DNA of 64,000 bases from Octopus sinensis (taxonomy: Eukaryota): the NCBI RefSeq assembly GCF_006345805.1, contig NC_043011.1, forward strand, positions 4,030,001 to 4,094,000, in the 5' to 3' direction. The position numbers were made by a program, and so were the translations under genes. This document shows, in pieces, positions 38,801 through 51,689 of this stretch. Position 1 is the first letter of the stretch. Each line of letters starts with the position of its first letter. The notes beneath the pieces are model-generated. The model ran no database searches and was not told where the DNA came from. It worked only from the letters and a program-made list of their open reading frames with translations.

Positions 38801-39959
38801 TATGTATGTATCATTAGTCATATAGCTAAGGACTCTGCAAAACAAAAAGGTACCCAAGGTACTTACTTGAAGGCAGAGTATATTACCATTTTTATATATA
38901 TATTTATATATGGCAAGAAGAAAATGGAGGGAATCCAGAGGTAGTATTCATCAGCTGTTAGACATTATATTATGTTTATTTATTTTAAACAGTTCAGATA
39001 ATAATATGTACATGTGTAAAGTTTTAATAATATCTAAAATAGAGAAAGAAGAGCAATTTCTTACAGCTGTTTCAGCCAAGAGGTCACAGTACCCCATATG
39101 TTATTTCCTGGATTCACAACCTCTAACTTTCTTTGAATTATATATATTTATCTGTATATTTACCTTCCCTAAGATGTTACTAATTGATTTGAGAACTTTA
39201 TATTATTAGAAAACCTATATAAAATTAGCTGAAGATTACTCGACATATTATATCTGCTGTAATATTTACAGCTTTTGATAAAATGTTATAGTATGAAACA
39301 ATTGTACTAAATTACCGGATCCATTCTTGTTGCTTATTTTTTATTATATATGTATATGATGGACTCTTCTGTCGAAGACGACATATGAGCATTCAGCTTG
39401 CCAAGTGACCTACATAAATGATTTGCTTATAGTGATCAAATGTTCATGCCACACATTAGCTCACCTGTCCCTCCATCAAATCAATGTTGTCTAAACAGGT
39501 GCACTGTGTACCCTTCATCAGGTGTCGAAGTGATAATTAGAGCAATGTGTGATAAAAGTATTTTGCTCAAGAACACAACACACCATCTGGTCTAGGAATT
39601 GAAGCCACAATCTTGCAATGATGAGTACAACACCCTAGCCACTAAAGATTCGAGCGAGGTCATTGCCAGTACCGCCTGACTGGCCCCCGTGCCGGTGGCA
39701 CGTTAAAGCACCCACTGCACTCTCAGAGTGGTTGGCGTTAGGAAGGGCTTCCAGCTGTAGAAACTCTGCCAGATCAAGATTGGAGCTTGGTGCAGCCATC
39801 TGGTTCGCCAGCCCTCAGTCAAACTGTCAAACCCATTTTTTTTTTTTTTTCAAGAATGAGGTGTGCGTGCATGTATATGTATGTGTGCGTAATATATGTT
39901 TGTTTTTGTGTGAGTGTGTGTGTGGAAAGAAGCTATAAAACATAAAGTAAATCAGAGGG

Positions 39960-40042
39960 ACAAGAAAAAGTGAATGAAAGAGCAATGGAAAGAATCAAAG
40001 AGAAAAACAAAGTGACAGAGAAGGTGGGAGAGGAAGAGAGAA

Positions 40043-40081
<39 letters not shown>

Positions 40082-40084
40082 AGT

Positions 40085-40116
<32 letters not shown>

Positions 40117-40123
40117 TAGATAG

Positions 40124-40190
<67 letters not shown>

Positions 40191-40357
40191 TATAGATAGA
40201 CAGATAGACAGACAGGCAGGCAGGCAGGCAGGTAGACAGACAGACAGACAGACAGACAGGCAAGCAGGCAGGCAAGCAGGCAGACAGACAGGCAGACAGA
40301 GACAGGCAGGCAGGCAGACAGACAGGCAGACAGAGACAGGCAGGCAGGCAGACAGAC

Positions 40358-40434
<77 letters not shown>

Positions 40435-40435
40435 C

Positions 40436-40505
<70 letters not shown>

Positions 40506-40585
40506 GTTAGACAGACAGCTGGAAATACAGCTAAGTATAAAGAAAGGTACATGGATATTCAGACTGAAAGACAAACAGACAGATA

Positions 40586-40618
<33 letters not shown>

Positions 40619-41214
40619 AAAAGCAGGCAAGCAGATTGACAAGGCAGGCAAACAGGCAATCAGACAGACAGACAGACAGATAGACAGACGTATGGACTGA
40701 TGGATAAGCATTCATCAGATGTACAGATATTTGAGAAACATAATGAAATGGATGATAATATGAAAGGAAATGAGCATGAAGAGTGAGAAAGAAGTAAGTA
40801 ATGAAAGAAGAGCAAAAGCAGAAGATGTGGAGTTTGATGAAGAGTTTGATGAAGAGAGAGAGACGTCAGTGAGAGCATGACTTTTTGTGAACCACAAGTT
40901 TTTGTCATTTTTATTGTAATCATCAGATTAAAGATAATAGATGGATAAATGGCTGGATCAATTGATTAGTTGATAAATAGATACATGGTTAAATAGATAG
41001 ACAGGGAGAGAAAGAGAGAGAGTATGTGTGTGTGTGTGTCATAGAGAAAGAGAGTGTGTGCGTGTGTTAGTGTGTGACAAACTGATAGGTAGATAGATAG
41101 AGAGAGAGAGAAATAGAGAGAGAGAGATCGACAGACAGACAGACTGACAGACAGACAGACAGATAGATAGATAGATTGAGAGAGAGAGGGAGAGAGAGAT
41201 AGAGAGATAGATAT

Positions 41215-41297
<83 letters not shown>

Positions 41298-41336
41298 TAC
41301 AGACAGGCATACAGACAGGCAGACAGGCAGGCAGGC

Positions 41337-41379
<43 letters not shown>

Positions 41380-41383
41380 TAGA

Positions 41384-41416
<33 letters not shown>

Positions 41417-41484
41417 TGACAGACAGACAGACAGACTGACAGACAGACAGACAGATAGATAGATAGAAGATAGATAGATAGAAG

Positions 41485-41515
<31 letters not shown>

Positions 41516-42200
41516 TCGACAGACAGACAGATAGATAGATAGACAGATAGATAGATAGATAGAGAGAGAGAGATCGACAGACAGACAGATAGATAGATAG
41601 ATAGATAGATGCAGTCCGACAGACAGTGAAAGGAAAAGAGCCACGACTGAATATAAAGTATGAAAGATAGAAATAGCTATATGAATGGACAAAGAGAGAG
41701 AGAAAGAGAGAGAGAAAGAAAGAGATATACAGGGATAACAATATTAATAGGGAGAGAGAGAGACAGAGGGAGGGACAGAGAACTGAATGAATCGACAGAG
41801 AAAAAGAGAAAGACAAATAGCTATACGAATGAAGAGAGAGAAAGAGAGAGAGAGAGTATGTGTTGTACAGCTGGTCAGCCAACTGATTTGGACAGCAGTA
41901 GATGCTCTGTTGATTTCTTCGGATACATGTACAATGCTGGCTATTGATCTGACAGTAAAACCAACAGCAAACCTATTTGTAATCTTGCCATAATAGGATT
42001 ATCTTCTGTCTAATCTCATTACTTTCATTTGTTTCAATCAGCTTTACTATCAATTACTTACACACTGGTTGACTGATTGATAGATAGGCAGACAGACAAA
42101 CAGAGAGAGAGAGGGGGATGGACAGAAAGATAGGTATATATATATAGAGAGAGAGAGATTGATAGAGAGAGGTGAGAATGACATGTGCACGCATGTGTGT
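39960..42200. repeat. Compound (GA)/(GATA)/(GACA)/(GGCA) arrays
   Basis: Direct reading; short unique spacers at ~40700-40960 and ~41860-42060. Confidence 0.95.
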
Positions 42201-42401
42201 GTGTCTGTGTGTCTGTGTGTGTAAAGTAGAAGAAACTAAAGTTCTGCAGCAACATCATGTTGAGAAGATAGAGAGAGGGAAGAGACAGAGTAGAAGAGAG
42301 AGAGAGAGAAAGAGAGAGAGAGTAGTGAGAGAGAGTAGGAAATTGTGAAGGAAATAGTGTGATAAACAGAAGAAACTGAAACTCTGAATCAGCTTAGCAA
42401 C

Positions 42402-42465
<64 letters not shown>

Positions 42466-42592
42466 ACATCATACATACATATGCATATATATATGCAACA
42501 TATGTATATATATATATATATATATATATTGTACATATAACATACACATGACATTCATATATATCCATATATTTATATATATATATATATTA

Positions 42593-42629
<37 letters not shown>

Positions 42630-42740
42630 TGTATGTATGTATACATACATACATACATATGCATATATATATGCAACATATGTATATATATATATATATA
42701 TATATGTACATATATACATACACATGACATTCATATATAT

Positions 42741-42781
<41 letters not shown>

Positions 42782-43242
42782 GTATGTATATATATATATA
42801 TATATATACATACATATGTGCATACATATATACACACACACATGCATACACACACACAATATATGTATGTATGTATGTACATGTGTGTATGTATGCTTGT
42901 ATATAATGCGTTCTGATAGGACAAACACTTTGTGTAAAGGGTAGAATTTCGGTGTATTTCTAATGCAGCATCCAACACAAGCTCCTGGCTAGCTACCCTC
43001 TCTTAAAGGAAAGTTTAACTGCACTGATAAAAGACCTCCGGGTACCTCACTGGTAAGACCAGTGTGTAAGTATTTTGAAGAGTAACATAAAGACAAACAA
43101 AACACAAAGAAGGAATTCAGAACAACCATCGTATCGTATTCATTATAAATGTTTCTAAATCACTCTTGAGTAGTGAAGAAACAATCATGACAAATATTTT
43201 ACTGTTGCCATAGATTCATTCTTCATCTTCCTACTTTGGTGC

Positions 43243-43790
43243 AGGCATGGCTGTGTGGTAAGATGCTTGCTTCCCAACCACGTGGTTCTTGGTTCAGTCC
43301 CACTGTGTGGCACCTTGAGCAAGTGTCACAAAAAAGCACCCATTGCACTCTCAGAATGGTTGGCATTAGGAAGGGCATCCAGCCATAGAAAACCATGCCA
43401 AGTCAGACTAGATTCTGGTGCAACCTTCCAGTGTGCCAGCCCAGTTAAACTGTCCAACCCATCCATGCCAGCATGGGCGACAGACGTTAAATGATGATGG
43501 TGATGATGATATATATATATACGTGTGTGTGTGTGTGGTGTGTGTGTGTGTGTGTGTGTGTGTGTCTTTGTGTTTGTGTTTGTCCCCATCGTCACTTGAC
43601 AACTAATGTTGATGTGTTTATATCCTCATAACTTAGTGGTTTGGCAAAGGAGACTGATAGAATAAGTACTAAGCTTAAAAGATAAGTCCTGAGGTATATT
43701 TGTTCAACTAAAACCATTCAAGGTGATGCTCCACTATGGCCACAGTCAAATGGCTGAAACAAGTAAAAGAAAAAGGAATAAAAGAATATA
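43243..43790 (+). mobile_element. SINE family A with nested family C fragment at ~43325-43510
   Basis: Family A head to GCAAGTGTC, then C body with (GAT)n, then the A second half. Confidence 0.85.
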
Positions 43791-44318
43791 TACTTACAGT
43801 TGAAAGAGAGAGAGAGAGGACAAAGATATGTATGTATGTATAGATAGATAGATAGATAGATATAAGGCAACCTATTGGCAGAGCCCTTAAAGCACTAAAT
43901 AGATTACATAGCAGTAATCAGTTTTGGTCCCTGCATTCTGAGTTCAAATTGTTCCAAGTTTGACTTGGCCTTTCATCCTTTTGAAGTCTATAATTTCAGT
44001 TGCAGTCCACCATTGAGGTTGATCCTCCTCTTCCTCAGATTCCTTCTTTCTTTTTCTGTTCTGATACTTGTTAAGAATACTTCTATATTAACTTAAGGCC
44101 TCACCTGGTTTTATGCTTCTTTCTCTCAATCCGCATACATATGTATGATTGTCTGCAGAGCTGCTTAGGTGTGTGCAAGTATGGGCACATCCATTACTGC
44201 CTTCCCCACTTCTTCTCTATGCCCACCTTCTTAACACCATCCTTTTATCTCGCTTTCTGTCACTCTCTATTTTGCTATACAAACTTGTTTATCCATAACA
44301 TCTATAACTAGGGTATAT

Positions 44319-44490
44319 GGCGCAGGAGTGGCTGTGTGGTAGGTTGCTTGTTTACCAGCCACATGGTTCCGGGTTCAGTCCCACTGTGTGGCACCTTGGG
44401 CAAGTGTCTTCTACTATAGCCTCGGGCTGACCAAAGCCTTGTGATTGGATTTGGTAGATGGAAACTGAAAGAAGCCCGTCGTATATATGT
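44319..44490 (+). mobile_element. SINE family A, 5' half only
   Basis: GGCGCAGGAGTGGCTGTGTGG to GCCCGTCG. Confidence 0.88.
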
Positions 44491-44749
44491 ATATATATAT
44501 ATTTAGATTCTCGACCCAATGTCGAATTTATCGATTTTTTTCCGAACTGGGGGAACTTTTCAAAATTTTTGCTGCGTTAGTTTTGAATTATGATATTGGG
44601 CTATGTGTGTGTGTCAAGTTTCATCAGAATCGGTTGAAAGCCGTTAAACTGCAGGGCTCAATGAATTTATTTACCCATCTATATGTTTTTGTCATACCTG
44701 GAATCTATTTATACATCTATATAGTTGGATATACCTGTAAGTTGGAATA

Positions 44750-45148
44750 GGCTGTGTGGTAAGTAGCTTGCTAACCAACCACATGGTTCCGGGTTCAGTC
44801 CCACTGCATGGCATCTTGGGCAAGTGTCTTCTGCTATAGCCCTGGGCCGACCAATGCCTTGTGAGTGGATTTGGTAGACGGAAACTGAAAGAAGCCTGTC
44901 GTATATATGTATATATATATGTATGTGTGTGTGTGTTTCTGTGTCTGTGTTTGTCCCCCTAGCATTGCTTGATAACCGATGCTGGTGTGTTTACGTCCCC
45001 GTCACTTAGCGGTTCGGCAAAAGAGACCAATAGAATAAGTACTGGGCTTACAAAAAGAATAAGTCCCGGGGTCGAGTTGCTCGATTAAAGGCGGTGCTCC
45101 AGCATGGCCGCAGTCAAATGATTGAAACAAGTAAAAGAGTGAAAGAGT
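44750..45148 (+). mobile_element. SINE family A
   Basis: Near-full element. Confidence 0.92.
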
Positions 45149-45649
45149 ATGGGGAGGTTCTGTAAGAGACTGTGTGTCTCGAGAACATAGTATACGACCT
45201 CACGAAACACGTGTAGTCGACAACTTTAAACATGAACAGTATGTATTAAATATAGAGACAGTTTATAAGTATTTTGAGGGGGAATAGAAAGAAAGTTAAG
45301 ACAGAGAAAGATGAAGAAGGGGAGAAGCAAGAGAAATGAGAAAGAAGAGACAAAACAGTGAGGAAAAAAGACAAGAGAGGGAAAAGGAGAGAAACCAAGA
45401 TAATCTTGTTTTGTTTTCTCTCTTCTTTCTTTCTCCTTCTTCTGATGTCATGGTTTTTAAAATACATATTTATTGTTCACCCTATCAAGCTAGTTGAAAC
45501 TAATCAATTTTCTAATTTGTGTTTGTATATTTACCTATTTTCTTAGTTACATATTTAGCCTTAAGTAAAAATTAATAGGATAATTTTAATGCATGTTCAT
45601 AACCGAAGCTAGTGAAACGACTGAACGATTAGGTTTATACACCACTCAG

Positions 45650-46066
45650 TGCTCTTTTACTCTTTTACTCTTTACTCTTTTACTTGTTTCAGTCATTTGA
45701 CTGCAGCCATGCTGGAGCACCGCCTTTAGTCGAGCAAATCGACCCCGGGACTTATTCTTTGTAAGCCCAGTACTTATTCTATCGGTCTCTTTTGCCAAAC
45801 CGCTAAGTGACGGGGACGTAAACACACCAGCATTGATTGTCAAGCAATGTTGGGAGGACAAACACAGACACACAAACACGTACACACTTATATATATATA
45901 TATACGACGGGCTTCTTTCAGTTTCCGTCTACCAAATCCACTCACAAGGCATTGGTCGGCCCGGGGCTATAGCAGAAGACACTTGCCCAAGATGCCACGC
46001 AGTGGAACTGAACCCGGAACCATGTGGTTGGTTAGCAAGCTACTTACCACACAGCCACTCCCGTGC
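45650..46066 (-). mobile_element. SINE family A
   Basis: Reverse-complement full element. Confidence 0.92.
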
Positions 46067-46330
46067 CTATACTATATAATATTTCGTTTAATTTTTTTAT
46101 ATTCAGCACTCAAATTCTGTCACAGTAGCATTTTTTTTTCTCCCCTGTAGATGATAAAATAAGAATTCAGTACAAGCCATTTTCCTCACCAAATTCCATT
46201 TTACATAACATGGAAATCTTTGAGAAAATAGGCTTCATATTCTGGATTACAGCAAGTTTTCAAGGAATGCAGGGCTTCCATAATAATAGAATAAGTGGAT
46301 ACCTCTGTACACACACACGTGCATATATAT

Positions 46331-46493
46331 AGGCGCAGGAGTGGCTGTGTGGTAAGTAGCTTGCTTACCAACCACATGGTTCCGGGTTCAGTTCCACTGC
46401 GTGGCATCTTGGGCAAGTGTCTTCTGCTATAGCCCCGGGCCGACCAATGCCTTGTGAGTGGATTTGGTAGACGGAAACTGAAAGAAGCCTGTC

Positions 46494-46543
<50 letters not shown>

Positions 46544-46752
46544 TTCTGTGTCTGTGTTTGTCCCCCTAGCATTGCTTGACAACCGATGCTGGTGTGTTTA
46601 CATCCCCGTCACTTAGTGGTTCGGCAAAAGAGACCGATAGAATAAGAACTGGGCTTACAAAGAATAAGTCCCGGGGTCGATTTGCTCGACTAAAGGCGGT
46701 GCTCCAGCATGGCCACAGTCAAATGACTGAAACAAGTAAAAGGCTAAAGACT
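46331..46752 (+). mobile_element. SINE family A
   Basis: Full element. Confidence 0.92.
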
Positions 46753-47435
46753 AAAGACATATATTCACTACTAGACTACATGGGTATTTCCTATGTTTAA
46801 TTAGATTTTGAAACCAATTACACATTTTTCAGAACAGTTAGGTTCAATTTTGTTTAGGAATGATTTCTGAATCAATGCTAAACATTGAAAGTGATCATCA
46901 GATAGATAATTTGGTCACATCAGTTAGCTTTTTTAGCTGTGGATTCTGGCAAAAACAAAGACCTATGAAAGTTTCTTGGAAGTCTGGGGAGTCTAGTGAG
47001 TTCCAAAATGCATTATATTATAACGGAAGCTCTAACCACAATCCCTTGATATCACTTCAATTGTTATGTAGATTTCCCCAAATTCTCTGTTTGCAATATT
47101 TAAAAAGATGAAAATTTGTTCAAGCAGAGACATTTTTGCTTCCTTTATCAATTAATAAAAGGAGGAAAGTCAGTAACTATAAATTTCATTGCAACCACAC
47201 AAACTAGTAAGGTTAATGCCACGGAAGTTGAGACAACTGTCGAAATTCATTGGAAATTCGCTGGAGTGAAATGTGTAGTCATGGCCTAAAGTTTGGAACA
47301 TTATTTTTTTAAAAGTTAATATTCTTGTGCCCAAGTACGCCCACACACACACATACAATGTAGAGATATACTTACCTAATAACTGATCCAATGGTTCAAT
47401 ATCTAGAAGAAAAAATAGACAAATTAAAAATATAG

Positions 47436-47860
47436 GGATCTTTTCGGTTTGAACGGCAGTTTTTTCTAGCGGTGTCATATGAAATTGTCACCCATAATTA
47501 TGACCCTAGTATCGATCTATGGCATTTCAATGTGCTTTTGGGTTAGGGTTAGTTAGGGTTAGGGGTGGGGGGAAGGGTATCTTTTTTTTTTCACAAATGT
47601 AAATAAACCCAATCTGTTTCTTAAACGAGGGACATAGTCATACGGCACAGAATGTTGTCACCTCAATAGACGTCAGTGATTGGTTGAAGTAGCAGAAATT
47701 GAAGAAAAAAACAAGAAATATCTTACAAACTATAGAATTTTCTCAATAAAGCCAAGAGAAAAAGATGTTTTATAAACACATTCTACCAGTATAGGAAGTT
47801 TAGAAATTTTTAGTTACCTAGAAATTATGTTAAAAACTGCCGTTCAAACCGAAAAGATCC
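47436..47860. mobile_element. Non-autonomous DNA transposon with 28 bp perfect TIR and 8 bp TSD
   Basis: GGATCTTTTCGGTTTGAACGGCAGTTTT / AAAACTGCCGTTCAAACCGAAAAGATCC; AAATATAG at 47428-47435 and 47861-47868. Confidence 0.95.
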
Positions 47861-49019
47861 AAATATAGCTCTAGACAAAATTGTTTACTTTTAATAAACA
47901 GAAGCTAATACATCATGTATGTGAAAATATGTTCCAAACTTTTGACCATAACTGTAGATAGGAGGGAAATTTTAGTGGTTGCATTCTTGGGAAAATGATT
48001 AAGCAGGTGTTTAATCTGAAATTTGGTGGTGGCGGTCATCATCGTGGTTGTGGAGATACAGCAGAGGCATTGGGAGAATGGGAGACAGGTGTGTCACAGA
48101 TACTTGAGTGGAAGTGGTTTATTGCTTGCTAATTCACAGGAAGTATGACATTTGCAGAAGTGGTGGACAAATCCTTGAGAACAAACAGGATACATATGAG
48201 CAAGTGGTTGTAATGCAATGCTAAATGATTTGTTGCCTGTTCAACCAAATACAGCTGCACAAGAAGGTATACTACCTGCCAAACTGTAGTTGGTTCATAT
48301 AACATCAACCAGTATCCTGTTGCATTCATCGGTATGACCGCTTGCGCTGGTATACTACCCTTTTTTCAAATAGAATAGGTACCATGTGCAGATATGGCTT
48401 ACCGCAGCAAGCAGTTGGAGCATTGTATAACGAACGAGTGTTTCATCAACTTGCAGGACCAAGATAGCCCATGAAGAGGTCTTTGACCAACTTCTACCAC
48501 TTTCATCAACAACACAATAAAGTGAGATGCTGGGCAACATCTATTGTTCAACCTGATACCTATTTTTAAAAAATGGAGGGACAGGGTGGAAAGAACAAGG
48601 AGAGTCCCCCCAAAAGGATAGGGAGTGTCATGACTGGAACACATTTGAACTTTAGAGCTGCTTGATCAGTTTTGACTTGAGTTCGACACCACTTCTCTTG
48701 CTCTTCCTTCCTTCCTCTCCCGCGTCCACCGGGGGCTGGCGCCTCCGGCCATCACAGCCGCCTTCTGCAGTTGCGCTCTGTTCGGCTGCCGACGCCTTTT
48801 TTTAAATTTTATAGTAAAATGAATAATGAATAAAAGTCATTAGAAATACTGAACAAACTCTTTCCTCTGTGTCCAGACCCCAGTTAATATTGCAAGAACA
48901 TGAATAACAATACATGCAACAATGAAATATGCTTACTGTCAGCATCAAAATTTCAGTGGTGGCAAGAACAAAAGTCATATTTTTTTAATGTTAATTAGCT
49001 TTTATAGAATGAAACCTGG

Positions 49020-49345
49020 TAGTTTATATATCTATAAACATGTTGGGTGGAATTCTTTGGGATTTGAATAATTCACCCCTGAAAACATGACTGTTCCATT
49101 CATCATCCTTAAACAACCCCTTATACAGGGACCTTTTGAGTGGGATGATCTACTCAATCTGAAGAAAATTCTAAATGGATTCCATCAGGTAGGTCATGCC
49201 CTGTTTATCTTGATATGGGGTCACCATGTCATTCATCACATGGATCAGGTGTCGTCATGATGAGAATATTGGACTTCATATATTGTACCCTAGTGTCTCA
49301 CTTTGAATGCATGCACTGCTTTCACATTCAATATTATAATAGCAA
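49020..49345 (+). mobile_element. Retroposon family D fragment
   Basis: Homologous to the reverse complement of 541-860. Confidence 0.7.
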
Positions 49346-49362
49346 TACATGAATGTTATATA

Positions 49363-49416
<54 letters not shown>

Positions 49417-49477
49417 TGCATTATATGTGTGTATACATACATATATATTTAGATATATATACACACATACATATACA

Positions 49478-49673
49478 TGTGACCTCGTGTGTACCATTGG
49501 CGATTTTGTTTCCTCTGTCTTCCCTTCTCTGGATCTTTCCTTCTCCTATGTTTCCGACGAAGAGCTCCGCTCGAAATGTTAAACCCTCCTTCTTTCCTGA
49601 GCATCCAATAATACTATATTTGTTCCACGTCCTCGCGTTGTTGTGTTTTTTGTGCTTTCTTGTTTGGATCAAC
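49478..49673 (+). mobile_element. Penelope-like solo terminal repeat carrying a minimal hammerhead motif
   Basis: Homolog of 16150-16366 in (TA)n context; GTTTCCGACGAAGAGCTCCGCTCGAAATGTTAAAC at 49550-49584. Confidence 0.65.
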
Positions 49674-49706
<33 letters not shown>

Positions 49707-49717
49707 TATATATATAC

Positions 49718-49830
49718 CTATTCTTTACTACCCACAATGGGCTAAACACAGAAGGGACAAACAAGGACAGACAAATGGATTGAACTCAGAACGTAGTGGC
49801 AGACGAAATACCTATTTCTTAACTACCCAC
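49718..49830 (-). mobile_element. SINE family B, internally deleted
   Basis: Tail CCCACAATGGGCTAAACACAG joined to TTGAACTCAGAACGTAG. Confidence 0.8.
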
Positions 49831-49907
49831 AATTATATATATATACCTACATTGTAATGGAATAATTATGATCCTCTATACAATATACCTACAGATACAT
49901 GTAAATA

Positions 49908-49959
<52 letters not shown>

Positions 49960-50798
49960 TTTATATGTGTGTATGTGTCCGTATGTATCCATGCATATAT
50001 TTAAGTATGCATATCTGCTTATACACAAAAACCTCGACACAATAAACACTACATGAACAGAGATATATTCTTGAAGAAATCATAACTTTTTTTTTTTTTG
50101 CGTTTCTAGCAATGTCCTCAAATGTTTTCTGCTTTTCTCAAACTTTGCAACATTTTCAGTGTTATCCGAGTGATATTTGAATCAATGAATATGTGATTCG
50201 TGATTTACAAAGTTACATTGTTTGTGCTTAAATGAGGTGCATGCAGCAATAGATAAATATTACCGGAAGAATTTGTATTCGATGGTTATTGTTGTTTTTT
50301 TGCTGTTTTACATTTGCTACAATTTTAACAAGACACACATGTATGATATGCTATAGAAACTACAAAAGCGAAAAACAAAACGAAACACAAAAGCCACATG
50401 TTCGTCATCCTTTCATTGATCATGCTCAATGCTAAACAAAAATAAACATTCTCTACCTTCGTCATCCTCATACTCCTCTTTTCCTTCCTCCTCCTCTTCA
50501 TTATCATCATCATTTTTGACATTACTGAAACCAATGTCACCCCCCCCAACAACAACACACAGACACACAATCATCATTATTATCAACATTGTTGTTTCCC
50601 TTAACATTTCCCTTAACATTCAGGTTATTGATTGGAGAACAGCAGTTAGGAGAAGGTGATTGCACCTGATGACCAGGTGATTTTGCATCAGTAGTGCTCC
50701 TTGATTGGCCCCAGTTGGAGAATATTCTGCATCAGGAGAAATGTATTATCCATATATTCATATATGACGAATAATTTTCATCTCCTTTTCTTTGTTAC

Positions 50799-50873
50799 CT
50801 CCACATCTAATATTAAGTCAACACCCACACAAACTGCAACCTGTTTTTGTAATGACTGCTCAAACCAATGCCC
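50799..50873 (-). CDS. Candidate 75-nt phase 0-0 exon (GHWFEQSLQKQVAVCVGVDLILDVE); protein not recognised
   Basis: Acceptor TTTTTTATTTGCCATAG, donor GAG/GTAACA, only one open frame. Confidence 0.45.
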
Positions 50874-50909
50874 CTATGGCAAATAAAAAAGAAATAATGA
50901 TAAAAAAGA

Positions 50910-50941
<32 letters not shown>

Positions 50942-50942
<1 letters not shown>

Positions 50943-51300
50943 CATGGCACGTAAAAAGCACCATCCGTTGGTGGCCGTTGCCAGCCTCGCCTGGCCCCCC
51001 ATGCCGGTGGCATGTAAAAAGCACCATCCATTCGTGGCCATTGCCAGCGCCGCCCCGACTGGCCTCCGTGCTGGTGGCACGTGAAAGCACCATCCATTCG
51101 TGGCCGTTTGCCAGCCCCATCTGGCACCTGTGCGGGTGGCACGTAAAAAGCACCCACTACACTCGCGGAGTGGTTGGCATTAGGAAGGGCATCCAGCCGT
51201 AGAAACACTGCCAGATCAGACTGGGCCTGATGCAGCCTTCTGGCTTCACAGACCCCAGTTGAACCATCCAATCCATGCTAGCATGGAAAGCGGACGCTAA

Positions 51301-51330
<30 letters not shown>
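50942..51330 (+). mobile_element. Retroposon family C with four internal GGCACGTAAAAAGCACC-type repeats
   Basis: Tandem ~60 bp units at 50942-51150, then C body and (GAT)n. Confidence 0.88.
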
Positions 51331-51333
<3 letters not shown>

Positions 51334-51374
51334 GTGATGATGATCATCATCACCATCATCATCATCATCATTAT

Positions 51375-51560
51375 TATTATTACGGAGTGAGGGAGTAGCA
51401 TATGCCATCAAAGTAACGCTGGAATACAAATATACGAAGCCCAATGTAGCCATTATGACTACTACCCATCTGATAAGGGTGCACCAAGCACATGCATCAC
51501 AACTGTACATGTTCAACACAGTGACTTCATATCAAGATAAAGTGTGCATGACCTTGAGAA
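51375..51560 (-). mobile_element. Retroposon family D 3' part
   Basis: Matches 541-710. Confidence 0.75.
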
Positions 51561-51689
51561 ATTTGAGAATATTCTGCACAATAAACTTGGCACGGCCCAA
51601 ATTTAAGCTAGGTGGGTCCCACGTTTTGACACCTGATCAACTGATCAACAGTGCCCCAGACTGATCTCAAAGGGAAATCTGACACCATC

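Noticed and set aside
39045-39100. Minus-strand GAAACAGCTGTA with a palindromic stem III and an upstream CTGTGA
   Set aside because: It needs several indels to restore the core, and stem I does not pair.
40715-40940. E/D-rich reading frame between tetranucleotide arrays
   Set aside because: This is purine-rich low-complexity bias with a stop and no splice signals.
43018-43075. CTGATAA...GACCTCCGGGT...CACTGGTAAGACCAGTG, resembling a decayed type I hammerhead
   Set aside because: GAAA is absent and G8 is changed, so it cannot be supported without homologs.
47540-47565. TTAGGG repeats as a telomere or fusion scar
   Set aside because: They lie inside a TIR- and TSD-bounded transposon.
48130-48660. 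Possible LTR-retrotransposon integrase relic (CSNC motif on the minus strand)
   Set aside because: The similarity is too weak and spread over several frames.
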